Assembly (NCBI GenBank): GCA_964526385.1
Contig: CAZGJD010000003.1
Coordinates: 55,225-119,224, forward strand
DNA length: 64,000 nucleotides
Direction: 5' to 3'
DNA from: an uncultured Candidatus Poseidoniales archaeon
GTDB taxonomy: Archaea; Thermoplasmatota; Poseidoniia; Poseidoniales; Poseidoniaceae
Of this stretch, positions 20,257 to 30,255 are shown piece by piece. The notes beneath the pieces were generated by a model. The model was not told the DNA's origin. It saw only the letters and a list, made by a program, of their open reading frames with translations, and searched no databases. Position 1 is the stretch's first letter, and each line of letters begins with the position of its first letter. The position numbers and the translations under genes are program-made.

Positions 20257-21210
20257 TTACAATCCGGGTGCAGACTCGAGCCATTCGGCTTCGTCATCAT
20301 CATCATCTTCGTCAGACCTACGTTTTGCAATAACTGCCGCTGCGAATCCAAGCATTGCTAACGAAGGAATCAATTCGAAACCTGGAAGATATACACCACG
20401 AACGTAGATAGTGATCATTTGGGACATGGAATTACATCCACCTGTTTCATATCTACAAGAGAATTCTGAAATTGCTTCGAATTCTAGAGTGTAATATTCG
20501 TCAGTCCAACCTTGGTTCTTAGGAGTTCTTACCATGACTCTAACCTTCTGAGGTGCTGCCATTCCGTCGATTTCAACAGCAACCATTGGTATTGAAATTT
20601 GGAATCCACTTTCTTCGAGTTTGTCCCTGGAAGCATCTGTAACTCCGACCTTGAACTTATCAGCCCAGTTTCCTTGGTTGTAAACCTTAAACTCAAAGTT
20701 GTGATCGGTCTTAGGAGATAGTTGCAAGAATGGCTCAGTAGCTTCTACCTGAAGTCTACTAAATTGAAGGATGTTGATAATCATCTGAACTTGTGATTCA
20801 GCGATGTTTGGTGGTGGTGCACCGTTTGCTTCAACCACTGTAGCAGTTACGATTAGATTTCTACCTGACATTGTCATTCTCTGGTCTGCTCTAACCGTAG
20901 TCTGGAATTCAGATTCTGCGTTTGGTCCAAGAGAGATAGTACCTGGGGCAGCAACAACAAGTCCGTCAGCCGAAACTTGAATTTGTATTCTTTCAGCGTA
21001 TGTGTTTGGATTTGTAACCTTACAGTTTGCGAATCCAGTCAGGGTTGCTCCTGGGTAAACAGGTACGTCTACCGCACCACTTGGATTCGGAGATAGACAC
21101 TGCAAATCGACTGCAGGAACAGATAACTGGGCCTGTGCAGGAGTAGCCATCACGAGAATGCTAGCCATGTATACCGCAAGTAAGAACAAAGAACGTCTCA
21201 AAGCCTTCAT
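20257..21210 (-). CDS. Secreted Ig-like surface protein ending in a PGF-type sorting signal (choice-of-anchor T-like)
   Basis: Start at ATG 21210 (MKALRRS, AGGTGA upstream); signal peptide; C-terminal LPGFE + TM + KRR. Confidence 0.75.
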   Translation of the reverse strand: MKALRRSLFLLAVYMASILVMATPAQAQLSVPAVDLQCLSPNPSGAVDVPVYPGATLTGFANCKVTNPNTYAERIQIQVSADGLVVAAPGTISLGPNAESEFQTTVRADQRMTMSGRNLIVTATVVEANGAPPPNIAESQVQMIINILQFSRLQVEATEPFLQLSPKTDHNFEFKVYNQGNWADKFKVGVTDASRDKLEESGFQISIPMVAVEIDGMAAPQKVRVMVRTPKNQGWTDEYYTLEFEAISEFSCRYETGGCNSMSQMITIYVRGVYLPGFELIPSLAMLGFAAAVIAKRRSDEDDDDDEAEWLESAPGL

Positions 21211-21355
21211 ACCTTCACCTATATCCAAGCCACAATCTCGACCCTCATAACCATTTTGGGGACTTGCCTTTACGAAATGGACATCAGTGAGTCTTTCGAT
21301 TAAACCACATATTGATATGATATCTCTATTTCGGTAGGGTTGAGAGGAATAAAAT

Positions 21356-21802
21356 ATGGATGATAAAAATCTCATTATCGCAGAAGCACACTGTGACGGA
21401 CCGTGTGGTGTCTACGACCCATCAAGCGCACGAATCGCTGGAGAAGCAGTCCAGTCGATGACGAACAAAATGTTGGCACTAACCTGCCCGTCCACAGAGG
21501 ATGGCCCAGCAATGGCAGCATACCTAAACACAATGTCAAGATACGCAGCTATCAAGGAAGAAGAAGCACAGAAGTGTAAGGATGAAATTCTTGTTCTATG
21601 GACAGACTTTTTCAAGCCCCAGCACCTTGAGGCAAATCCAAACTTGCACGACACATTTTGGAAAGCAGCCAAACTATGTTCAGCCTGCAAGGTTGAGGTT
21701 TCCGCTGAACACGCACAGGAACTCATGGACGCAATCGAAGAAATTCACGGAATGTTTTGGGCTGCCAAGGGACGTGAAGTTACTTGGATAAGAGCATCAT
21801 AG
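21356..21802 (+). CDS. sodN: Nickel superoxide dismutase precursor
   Basis: Ni-hook HCDGPCGVYDP after an 11-aa leader; LWTDFFKP. Confidence 0.97.
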   Translation: MDDKNLIIAEAHCDGPCGVYDPSSARIAGEAVQSMTNKMLALTCPSTEDGPAMAAYLNTMSRYAAIKEEEAQKCKDEILVLWTDFFKPQHLEANPNLHDTFWKAAKLCSACKVEVSAEHAQELMDAIEEIHGMFWAAKGREVTWIRAS

Positions 21803-22080
21803 ACGTCAAGATATCTGGCGATTCAATGTGGCCGTCATTCGTAGACGGCGACGTAGTAGAATTTGAAAGTATGAAAGATCAAATTGTAAATCTAGAAGAT
21901 ATTATTGTATTTAATCACCCTCTGAAACGTGATGTTATCTGTATTAAAAGAGTAAAAAGAATCTCTGACAACAGGTATTTCGTTGAAGGGGATAATCCTG
22001 ACCCTACTTCCTCAGAAGATTCTCATAATTTTGGTCTAATCGACAGAAAAAACATTCTTGCAATTTTGCAAAATGAATAG
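21784..22080 (+). CDS. sodX: NiSOD maturation protease (S26-like)
   Basis: GDSMWPS, IKRV, GDNP..SEDSHNFG; overlaps sodN. Confidence 0.92.
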   Translation: MDKSIIDVKISGDSMWPSFVDGDVVEFESMKDQIVNLEDIIVFNHPLKRDVICIKRVKRISDNRYFVEGDNPDPTSSEDSHNFGLIDRKNILAILQNE

Positions 22081-22089
22081 TGAAAAAGG

Positions 22090-22162
22090 TGGACCCGGAG
22101 GGACTTGAACCCACGACCGCCCGGTTATGAGCCGGGTGCTCCACCAACTAAGCTACAGGTCC
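22090..22162 (-). tRNA. tRNA with CAT anticodon, probably tRNA-Ile2 (Met not excluded)
   Basis: GGACCTG..CGGGTCC-A acceptor stem, CCCGG-CT-CAT-AA-CCGGG anticodon arm, TTCAAGT T-loop, then a T-tract. The acceptor stem resembles archaeal Ile2 more than initiator or elongator Met. Confidence 0.9.
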
Positions 22163-22173
22163 GACTTGCCGAC

Positions 22174-23463
22174 TCAACAGGTTGGTAGTCTTGACTGTGA
22201 CGGTTTGATTACCTCTCTCGCTACATGCTCACATTCATCTCTGACATCTTCTGGAATGAAAATCAGAGCAAGTTCAGATGAGAGGACTAGACTTTGAATT
22301 AAAGGAGAATGTTCGACAACATCTCTGCCATCTTCCAAAATTATGCCTTGGCTATATGGCTTGTATCCCTTCTTTCTAATACTCGAAATAATTATTTCTT
22401 CTTCGCTATATCCTGAATTTTTCACAATTGGTTTGATTTTCTCAATTACAATAGAACTCATTTCTTCGGTCAAATCTGAAATTCTTATCGATTTATGGTA
22501 ATCTTTCCGTGAGACGAGCTTGTCGGCATATTTAGCTAATTCATCATCATTTGATTCAGACCAATCCATCAATACTGAGTTGATATCTGCATCAGTCAAT
22601 TTTACGTAATCTTTGACAGATAATTCATCATTACATAACATATTCCATAGCGAATTTGTGAGTTTTAATTTTCCATCGATTGCGAGTTTTCTCGCTCTGG
22701 ACAATACACGTATCAGGTATTCTTGTGTTAACTGATTCACCTTGTGAAAATAAACCTGATTGTACATGTGATATCTTGTTACCAAATAGGCCTCAATTGC
22801 AGGAAGACCCCACTTTTTTGCATATAATCGTCCATCCTCGTTGACCCTTAGTGCTCTAATTACTCGAGATGAGTCAAAACCACCTATTTGAGCGCCAGTA
22901 TTTGCCTGGTCCCTAATCATGTAGTCCATCCGATCAACATCTAATTGACTACTGATTATTTCTTTTAGGAATGGAGGGATTTCTTGGCCATTACACTCAG
23001 ATTTTCCCGAATACAAAGCGAACAATCTTTCTGTCCTGTCATCCCCCAAAATTTCTCTCAAAGCCTTACCGATATCTGTTTCTGTGGACTCAAGTATCTT
23101 TTTTCCCCAATCCTCATGAGAATGAAATGTTGCAAATACCTTATCCGACTCCAATAAATGTGAAAATGGTGGATGACCAATATCGTGAAGTAAGGCGCCG
23201 ATAGATACTAATTCCGCATCTTCATTAGAAATTATGCCGGGTTGAACTTCGGATAAGTGCTCGCATAATTTCACAGCTAAATGGTATGCACCTAGACTGT
23301 GAGAGAACCGGTTGTGAGTTGCTGCTGGAAATACATAATGACAAGTAGCTAACTGCTGTATATTTCTCAATCTTTGGAATTCCTTGGTATCTATCAGTTT
23401 AGAGATGTGACTTGGAATGAGGATGTCGCGATGGATTTCATCTCTAATCACCCTGTCCCTCAT
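22174..23463 (-). CDS. HD-domain phosphohydrolase (dNTP triphosphohydrolase / SAMHD1-like)
   Basis: RDEIH, FQRLRNIQQL, HNRFSHSLG, LLHDIGHPPFSH, DVDRMDY, MYNQVYFHK; start at ATG 23463. Confidence 0.92.
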   Translation of the reverse strand: MRDRVIRDEIHRDILIPSHISKLIDTKEFQRLRNIQQLATCHYVFPAATHNRFSHSLGAYHLAVKLCEHLSEVQPGIISNEDAELVSIGALLHDIGHPPFSHLLESDKVFATFHSHEDWGKKILESTETDIGKALREILGDDRTERLFALYSGKSECNGQEIPPFLKEIISSQLDVDRMDYMIRDQANTGAQIGGFDSSRVIRALRVNEDGRLYAKKWGLPAIEAYLVTRYHMYNQVYFHKVNQLTQEYLIRVLSRARKLAIDGKLKLTNSLWNMLCNDELSVKDYVKLTDADINSVLMDWSESNDDELAKYADKLVSRKDYHKSIRISDLTEEMSSIVIEKIKPIVKNSGYSEEEIIISSIRKKGYKPYSQGIILEDGRDVVEHSPLIQSLVLSSELALIFIPEDVRDECEHVAREVIKPSQSRLPTC

Positions 23464-23538
23464 GGACTTCCGTTTCGTCTCTAATATCAAGTCCTTTCCC
23501 TACCAAAGTGATATTGATTTAGAGGATTTGGAGGTGGC

Positions 23539-25350
23539 ATGAGCGAAGCCACTGGGCCGAAGGATACGGCCGAGGAGAGCATTACTAAAACAGACCAAAC
23601 ACAAATGGATATTGACAGTGTTTTCAACAAATATGACGAAAATTCTGATGGTAAAATCCAGCATAGTGAGTATGTAGAAGTTCACGGTTCCGGCACTGGT
23701 GGAGGAGTTTCTGGCATTCTTGACCGACTGCTTGATGACAGTCCGGAACTCCGAGGGCAGAGGCTTTGGGTGATGTTTTCGATATCAATTGTATTAGTAG
23801 CAGCCCTAAATGCATATGCAATGGTCCGTGAACCTGAACTGGTTGCCATTGAGGACTTAGTTCAACATTCAAATGAAGTAGTATCCATTAAAGGAAGTGT
23901 AGTTTCTTGGGTTGAAGACCCTTATTCATCTGGAGAAGATAGAGTGAATATTTTGGTCGAAGACTCAACCGGAGTCGCTCAATTAAGGTGGTATAATTTT
24001 GCTGAAATTCCGATGCTTGGAACAGAAATAAAAGTAACGGGTGACGTGATTGTTTACAATGGTAAAATATGGATACAAGCCATCGGAAGTGGAGCTGTAT
24101 CTTGGGATGAAGCCGATGTTCCAGAAGCGCCTGAACTCACAATTTCAGCAATTGCAAAGGCGCCGGAGGATTATATGGGTGATACGGTAACCGTTTCCGG
24201 ATACATTTCGAAACCTGTTAATCCTGATTCTACTTTCACATCACTCACTTTGAGGGACCACCCCTCCTATGGTATGCAAGAATATCAAATGAACATGATT
24301 ATTCATTCAGCACCCGGCCAATGGTTAGAATCCGGACAAAAAGTTGAGGTCACCGCAACATTAGATTACTCAGAAAAATATCTTCAGTGGTCAATGCATG
24401 TTCAAGGTCCTGAAATCAGAGTTGTTCGAACTCATGAACCGGTTCCGACAAAAATTGGTTGGTCTAATTATCAAACATGGTCATACAATTCTGGTGCTTT
24501 GATTATTATTGAGGGGATGATTGATGATGATGAAATAATAGAGCCAAATGGAGATCTAAGAGCATGTTTATTGAATACTCCTGACCTTACTGATTATCAA
24601 GGAGAAGTTGTGACTTATGGTGGAAGACTTGTTTGGTCCACATCCTATGCCGGTTGGTGCGTAGATTCTACCAGTTCATCATCTATTCAACTCCTTGACA
24701 TAACGGATGCTGAAAACATCCTAGGATATCTTTCAATGAATCCAAAATCAACTTTTGACGAGGTTGAAAATAGTACTAGGTACCTGATTTCAGGTGTAGT
24801 TTCTGGCTCATACTTAATGAGCGAAAATGGAGATACAAAAATATCCATTGCTGATGCTGTGTATCCTAACACACTCACGAAAATGGATGCCTATGTCCCA
24901 GTTGGACAACATTCAGGATGGCTAGAAGACGGACAAGAAATAGTTGCAAATGTTTCAATTTCTTGGAATAGTAACTCTAACGAATTCCAACTTATTGTAT
25001 ATGATTTGGTGCTAACTGGAGATACTCCAGAACCCAATCCATATGATTTAGCAGATGGTGCTCCACAATTTTATGACCTGAATAAGATAACTAGTATCGT
25101 AGGTAATGTTGTCGAAATTGATGGTGCAACATACCTGCAAAAAGAAGGCGGTGAGCAAAAAATTGTGATTGATATAGACCCAACGTCTATTGGATTGAAT
25201 TCATATCACGAAGGTCTGACATTGAAGTGGATTGGTCGATTGATTGAAATGCCGGATGATGTAACTCTATCCCACTATTACGTGCTTAGTGATGCGGATG
25301 TAGTGGACATGGACGGCAATGGGATTGCCGACGACGCTGAAGATTTGTGA
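23539..25350 (+). CDS. Membrane-anchored protein with N-terminal EF-hand and several extracellular OB-fold-like domains
   Basis: DENSDGKIQHSE EF-hand loop, one TM, repeated OB-like signatures (VVSIKGSV..LVEDSTG; GDTVTVSGYI; GQKVEVTA). Confidence 0.7.
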   Translation: MSEATGPKDTAEESITKTDQTQMDIDSVFNKYDENSDGKIQHSEYVEVHGSGTGGGVSGILDRLLDDSPELRGQRLWVMFSISIVLVAALNAYAMVREPELVAIEDLVQHSNEVVSIKGSVVSWVEDPYSSGEDRVNILVEDSTGVAQLRWYNFAEIPMLGTEIKVTGDVIVYNGKIWIQAIGSGAVSWDEADVPEAPELTISAIAKAPEDYMGDTVTVSGYISKPVNPDSTFTSLTLRDHPSYGMQEYQMNMIIHSAPGQWLESGQKVEVTATLDYSEKYLQWSMHVQGPEIRVVRTHEPVPTKIGWSNYQTWSYNSGALIIIEGMIDDDEIIEPNGDLRACLLNTPDLTDYQGEVVTYGGRLVWSTSYAGWCVDSTSSSSIQLLDITDAENILGYLSMNPKSTFDEVENSTRYLISGVVSGSYLMSENGDTKISIADAVYPNTLTKMDAYVPVGQHSGWLEDGQEIVANVSISWNSNSNEFQLIVYDLVLTGDTPEPNPYDLADGAPQFYDLNKITSIVGNVVEIDGATYLQKEGGEQKIVIDIDPTSIGLNSYHEGLTLKWIGRLIEMPDDVTLSHYYVLSDADVVDMDGNGIADDAEDL

Positions 25351-26861
25351 GAGTGTTTGTTATGGATGCCTTTTTCGCTGAAATGGGATGGATGCTTTTT
25401 GCACTATTCCTCGGCGTATGCATTGGCTCTCTTACTGGTTTAATTCCAGGTTTCCACGTAAACAACGTAGCATTAATCCTTCTTGGAATATCACCTGCCC
25501 TACTCGCAATAGGAATCCCACTTTCGGCCGCAGCGGGAATCATCGTTTCAACAGGAATAGTCCACACATTCTTGAACTACATACCCTCTGCATTGATTGG
25601 AGCGCCCGGCGCAGATACAGCACTGTCGCTACTACCCGGCCATAGGATGCTATTATCTGGTAATGCTCCTCGAGGTGTTGCATATTCAGCTAGGGGTAGC
25701 CAACTTGGATTATTCCTGTCACTACCACTTATCGTTGCTGCAAGAATAGCCTTTGGACCTGAACTTGGTTTTTACGACCATCTGCGTAGTGCTCTTCCAT
25801 TCGTTTTATTGTCGATTTCAATTCTACTTATTGCAACAGAAACCACCAGACTAGATTTTCCGGATTGGATTCAAAAAGCATCAGGTGGTAAGTTAGGTAA
25901 TGATTCTAGATTTGCAGGATACATTGCTGCCACATCTTTCTTCCTTCTTACTGGATTGTATGGCTGGGGAATCTTCAACCTTCCAGTAACCTCACCAGTT
26001 GGAATGCCAGGCGCAGGATTACTACTTCCAGCACTAGGCGGATTATTTGGTATTGCAAATTTGCTTGACATTTACGCTACGACTTCTGAAATACCGCCTC
26101 AAAAGGAAGATTGGGAGCTGCCTGCTTCTGGGCCACTAGTGGTTCCATGTTTCCTATCTTCTTGCGCTGGTGCTGCAATGGGTGTTCTACCGGGGATGAC
26201 TGCTGCTCAAGCGACTGTTTTAGTTATGGGAGGACGAAATGTCGCTGCTAAAATTCAGGGTAAAGAAGGATATGGTCTTGATTGGGAGACTAGAAAACTC
26301 ACGGAAATGACCGATGAAGAATTACTTGCTTTGGCAAGAGCGGAAGCCGCAGGAGAAGGGGAGAGCCCTCACACTAAGCAAGACCTCGAAATTATTGCCC
26401 TGTTGTCTGCCACTAACACCGCTGTTACGGTTATGGTACTCGGATTCCTGTACATCATAGGAAGGTCAAGGTCAGGAGCAACTCTCGCTTTGAAGCAAAT
26501 GTACCCAATTGATACGTGGAGTGGACTACACCCCACAACCGATTTTATCAGGCTAATAGCAATTACAATCGCGGCAGGAATCATCGCAGTTCCACTCATG
26601 AAACACGTAGGCAAAGGTATTTTGCAACTTCATGAAGCGGTACCGCTACAGTCAATGGTCCTTGGCGTGGTTATTTTCATTGTAGTATTGGTCTGGCTCT
26701 CGTGTGGTTGGGTTGGCATGATTGTCTTAATCGTTGGAACAATACTTGGGCTAATCCCCCCAAGAATCGGGATTAGGCGTTCTCATGCTATGGGTATAAT
26801 CATCGTACCAATCATGATCTACACCTTTGCTCAAAAATACGATGCATTTGGATTCCTTTGA
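25347..26861 (+). CDS. Archaeal tripartite tricarboxylate transporter permease (TctA/DUF112)
   Basis: GLIPGFHVN, HTFLNYIPS..GAP, LLPGHRML, VLPG; many TM helices; alternative start ATG 25362. Confidence 0.88.
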   Translation: MRVFVMDAFFAEMGWMLFALFLGVCIGSLTGLIPGFHVNNVALILLGISPALLAIGIPLSAAAGIIVSTGIVHTFLNYIPSALIGAPGADTALSLLPGHRMLLSGNAPRGVAYSARGSQLGLFLSLPLIVAARIAFGPELGFYDHLRSALPFVLLSISILLIATETTRLDFPDWIQKASGGKLGNDSRFAGYIAATSFFLLTGLYGWGIFNLPVTSPVGMPGAGLLLPALGGLFGIANLLDIYATTSEIPPQKEDWELPASGPLVVPCFLSSCAGAAMGVLPGMTAAQATVLVMGGRNVAAKIQGKEGYGLDWETRKLTEMTDEELLALARAEAAGEGESPHTKQDLEIIALLSATNTAVTVMVLGFLYIIGRSRSGATLALKQMYPIDTWSGLHPTTDFIRLIAITIAAGIIAVPLMKHVGKGILQLHEAVPLQSMVLGVVIFIVVLVWLSCGWVGMIVLIVGTILGLIPPRIGIRRSHAMGIIIVPIMIYTFAQKYDAFGFL

Positions 26862-26917
26862 TTACAAATTTAATTTTCAACACAATATTTGCAGGAACTA
26901 AAATCATAGAAATGACA

Positions 26918-27970
26918 TCATGATTTATTCTTTGAAATAATCTCATCATGTAATTTCAGATTCAGCAAAACTTCTCCGAAATCTCTTGCATATGCGCACA
27001 ATCTTCTAACAGATTCGGATAGTCTGAATAACAAAAGGTCATGCTTTGTCATCTTTCTACCTTCAATTAATTCATCTTCGTATTGGCTAATTTGAATTTG
27101 GGCCTTTTTCAATTCATGACGTGCTTCTTCGATTTCAAATGAGTTTCTGGTTCTGATGTTTATCATTAATTTCTTGATTGCTTCTTGCCATACTATTAGC
27201 TGAGTTATTGGAGATTTTCCCCTATCTAATTTTACATTATTTGCTGTTGTTATCAACTTAGCCATGTGGGTAGCATGGTCCATCATTCTCTCCAATGAAG
27301 TTGCAAGGTTAGAGTGCTCAACTGCTTGATTTCTAGCCAATTTTAGTGCTGAAGCTACTAAATGAGAATTTAGCGCAATGCTAACTTGTCTTTCTACTAG
27401 GTAAAGTAAAGCATCAACTTCTGATTCCTTATCATCCACATCATTGAGTACTTCAATTTCAAGACCATCAGATATCGAAATAATATCTCTTGTTACTGAT
27501 GTTAGTAATGAATACATTCTGTTTATGCTCGAGATTAGAGGCATTTCAGCAGCACTGATCAAACTAATCAAATCAATCCGCCGGTCTGTTTCATTCATCA
27601 TTTCAAAACCACGAGTGTTCTTCAAGAACCTTCTAATCTGTTTATGGAGCAAACGATCAATATCACTTTTGTATACGACTCTAATATTGTTTACTCCAGC
27701 AAGATAGGCGCCCATCAAATGGTCATGAAGAGATTCGTCCGGTATATTTTCTAGGTTAATTGTCACAACTTTTTCGGTATTTTGGAGAAGTTGTAATGGA
27801 GTTAATCTCAACGCACCACTGGGTCTCCAATCGATTCTAATTCCATCACGAGGTTTTAGTTTCATCTGGTCAACCCAGGTTTTTGGAAGACTAACTGTAT
27901 ATGTTGCTCCACCAGTAAGTTGCACCTTGCGGACTTCTATATCACCAGGCCCGTAATCCATTGTACTCAT
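26918..27970 (-). CDS. AbrB-PhoU phosphate uptake regulator
   Basis: RKVQLTGGATYTVSLPKTW AbrB N-terminus, AYLAG, LERMMDHA PhoU repeat; start ATG 27970 or 27961. Confidence 0.9.
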   Translation of the reverse strand: MSTMDYGPGDIEVRKVQLTGGATYTVSLPKTWVDQMKLKPRDGIRIDWRPSGALRLTPLQLLQNTEKVVTINLENIPDESLHDHLMGAYLAGVNNIRVVYKSDIDRLLHKQIRRFLKNTRGFEMMNETDRRIDLISLISAAEMPLISSINRMYSLLTSVTRDIISISDGLEIEVLNDVDDKESEVDALLYLVERQVSIALNSHLVASALKLARNQAVEHSNLATSLERMMDHATHMAKLITTANNVKLDRGKSPITQLIVWQEAIKKLMINIRTRNSFEIEEARHELKKAQIQISQYEDELIEGRKMTKHDLLLFRLSESVRRLCAYARDFGEVLLNLKLHDEIISKNKS

Positions 27971-28043
27971 ATCTTCTAATATTGACAACTATATAGATTA
28001 CATGGGCTTTAGGTGATATACTGTTTTCTTTTGAGGAAACAAT

Positions 28044-30161
28044 ATGGAACCAGTAACAATGGTTGTTATCGGCTTGGCTTTGATTGTTTGTGCTTATATG
28101 GCATGGAACATAGGGGCAAATGATGTTGCAAACGCAATGGGAACTTCGGTTGGTTCGAAAGCACTAACGCTTAAGCAAGCGGTGATTATTGCCGCTGTTT
28201 TCGAATTCGCTGGAGCATTTTTTGCCGGTGATGCTGTCACTAAAACAGTTAGGAAGGGCATCTTAACGGTTGATTTCTCAACTGTAACTCAAGAGATTTC
28301 CCAAGATATTGCGTTTGGATTTATTGCTGCTATGATGGCGGCTGCAGTTTGGCTAACTATCGCCACAAGAATGGGTCTTCCAGTATCTACCACACACTCG
28401 ATTATCGGAGGAATAATTGGTGTTGGATTGGTATTAGAAGTCGATCACAATGCAGAATATATCGATTGGGAAGTAGTGCAAAAAGTGGTCATGAGTTGGG
28501 TCGCTAGCCCACTTATGGGTGGACTTCTCGCCTTCTTTTCTTATTGGATTATCAAAAAGACCATCCTCGACGCAGAAAATCCCGAACAAAGGTCGATGTG
28601 GTTAGCTCCTATTCTTGCATTCCCAACTTTCTTTGTTCTAGGCCTAGCACTGCAATTCAAGGCATTGAAAGGATTCTTTGCAAGAGCTGAATCAAATGGC
28701 TGGATAGAAGACAAGACTTCGTGGCTTCCCGCTAAAGAAAATGGAGTATGGGATCCATTTGCAGAGGCAGCTTGGCTCCCAATTAATTCCCTAATTCTAG
28801 CTGCAGTTATTGGCGCATTAGGTTCATTGAGCCTTTACATGGTTTTGAAGAAAATTGACATCAATGAAGAAAGCAAAGGATTCAAAGGCGTGGAGAGAAT
28901 TTTCGTATGGCTACAGATTATTACCGCAGCGTATGTGGCATTTGCACACGGAGCTAACGACCGTTCGAATGCTATTGGACCTATGGCTGCAGTTTGGCAA
29001 GTATTGTCAAATGATTCAGGCATGCTAATGGAACAAGCCGATATCCCTCTCTGGTTAGTTCTGCTTGGTTCAGCAGGTATTGCAATTGGTGTGATGACTT
29101 GGGGATGGAGAGTTATGGAGACTGTTGGAAAGAAGATTACAGAAATCACACCAACACGTGGATTCGCTGCCGAATTTGGTGCTGCAACGACAATCTTGGT
29201 TTTCTCAATGCCTTTCTTGGCAGTACCTGTTTCAACAACCCACACACTAGTTGGTGCTGTTGTCGGCGTAGGTTTAGCTGGTGGAGCAAAGGCAGTAGAT
29301 TTCAGAGTATTTGGAAAGATTGCAGCATCCTGGGTCGCAAGCGTCCCTGTAGCGGCATTCGGTGCAGCAACAATCTACATCGCTTCAGGCGGAGATAATC
29401 TCAAAATGATTATCCTGCTACCGATTGCTTTCGCAGCAGTAGGAATTGCCATGTGGAGAACACGAGGTGGGGAAATCCATGTCGAGGAAGCATTATCGGA
29501 TGCTGGAAGTTCTGAAAAAGGAGAAACACCATTTGAGTTATTCCATAAACACGCTGTTGCGGTCGAAGCAACTGTTTCCCACATGTTAGATGCGGTCAAC
29601 AAAACCGCCAGTGGTGAAGATGCAAGTGATGAAATCAAGGCTACAGTAGAAGCGGAGTTAGATGCAGACAATATCAAAACTGAACTGAGAGATATGATGC
29701 AGGATACCGACATAAGATTGATTGTTTCAATGGATGATTTCTTGAGAATGCTGTCGAGGCAGGATAGAATTGCTGACTATGCTCAGAATGTTGCTGAACA
29801 ATTGAGTTTCAGAAAATTATACGATAACAAAGAAGCAAGAGAAATGCTGGTTGAGATGGCAGAAGCTGTTTCTGCGACAGTCGCAATATACGAAGACACC
29901 GTTGAGTCTTTGAGAGACTTATCTCTTGGTGGAGAAACCAGAATTGCAAAGCGCAAGATAATGGAATTGATCAAGGAAGTCAACCTGAAGGAGCACGAAG
30001 CAGATGAAGTTGAAGCAAAGGCCGCTGCTCATGTATTTTCTACAGGCGATGATGATGCTTTGGCTGCAATGCACATGTACAGAGTTCTTCAGAGAATGGA
30101 TGACGTGGCGAATGCATGTGAAAAGGCGGCTAACGCATTAATTCCTCTATTGACCAAATAA
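28044..30161 (+). CDS. PiT-family phosphate transporter fused to a DUF47 (PhoU-like) domain
   Basis: Two GAND signatures and two PVSTTH motifs; C-terminal helical domain with E.EAD and QDRIAD motifs. Confidence 0.93.
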   Translation: MEPVTMVVIGLALIVCAYMAWNIGANDVANAMGTSVGSKALTLKQAVIIAAVFEFAGAFFAGDAVTKTVRKGILTVDFSTVTQEISQDIAFGFIAAMMAAAVWLTIATRMGLPVSTTHSIIGGIIGVGLVLEVDHNAEYIDWEVVQKVVMSWVASPLMGGLLAFFSYWIIKKTILDAENPEQRSMWLAPILAFPTFFVLGLALQFKALKGFFARAESNGWIEDKTSWLPAKENGVWDPFAEAAWLPINSLILAAVIGALGSLSLYMVLKKIDINEESKGFKGVERIFVWLQIITAAYVAFAHGANDRSNAIGPMAAVWQVLSNDSGMLMEQADIPLWLVLLGSAGIAIGVMTWGWRVMETVGKKITEITPTRGFAAEFGAATTILVFSMPFLAVPVSTTHTLVGAVVGVGLAGGAKAVDFRVFGKIAASWVASVPVAAFGAATIYIASGGDNLKMIILLPIAFAAVGIAMWRTRGGEIHVEEALSDAGSSEKGETPFELFHKHAVAVEATVSHMLDAVNKTASGEDASDEIKATVEAELDADNIKTELRDMMQDTDIRLIVSMDDFLRMLSRQDRIADYAQNVAEQLSFRKLYDNKEAREMLVEMAEAVSATVAIYEDTVESLRDLSLGGETRIAKRKIMELIKEVNLKEHEADEVEAKAAAHVFSTGDDDALAAMHMYRVLQRMDDVANACEKAANALIPLLTK

Positions 30162-30255
30162 GGATGAATGCATTGATTTGATTCAGTAAGTTGTTTCTGG
30201 GTTTTATAGAAGAAAGCATCAAAACCCTACACTTATCCGACATAGTGATGCTAAT

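Noticed and set aside
21211..21375. Apparent head-to-head overlap between ORF 20257..21375 and sodN
   Set aside because: The real start is most likely ATG 21210 (SD and signal peptide). Similar over-extended starts affect purD, carS, NUDIX and gcvPA.
22174..23463. HD protein as an anti-phage dNTPase
   Set aside because: It looks like the widespread housekeeping archaeal HD family, and there is no defence context around it
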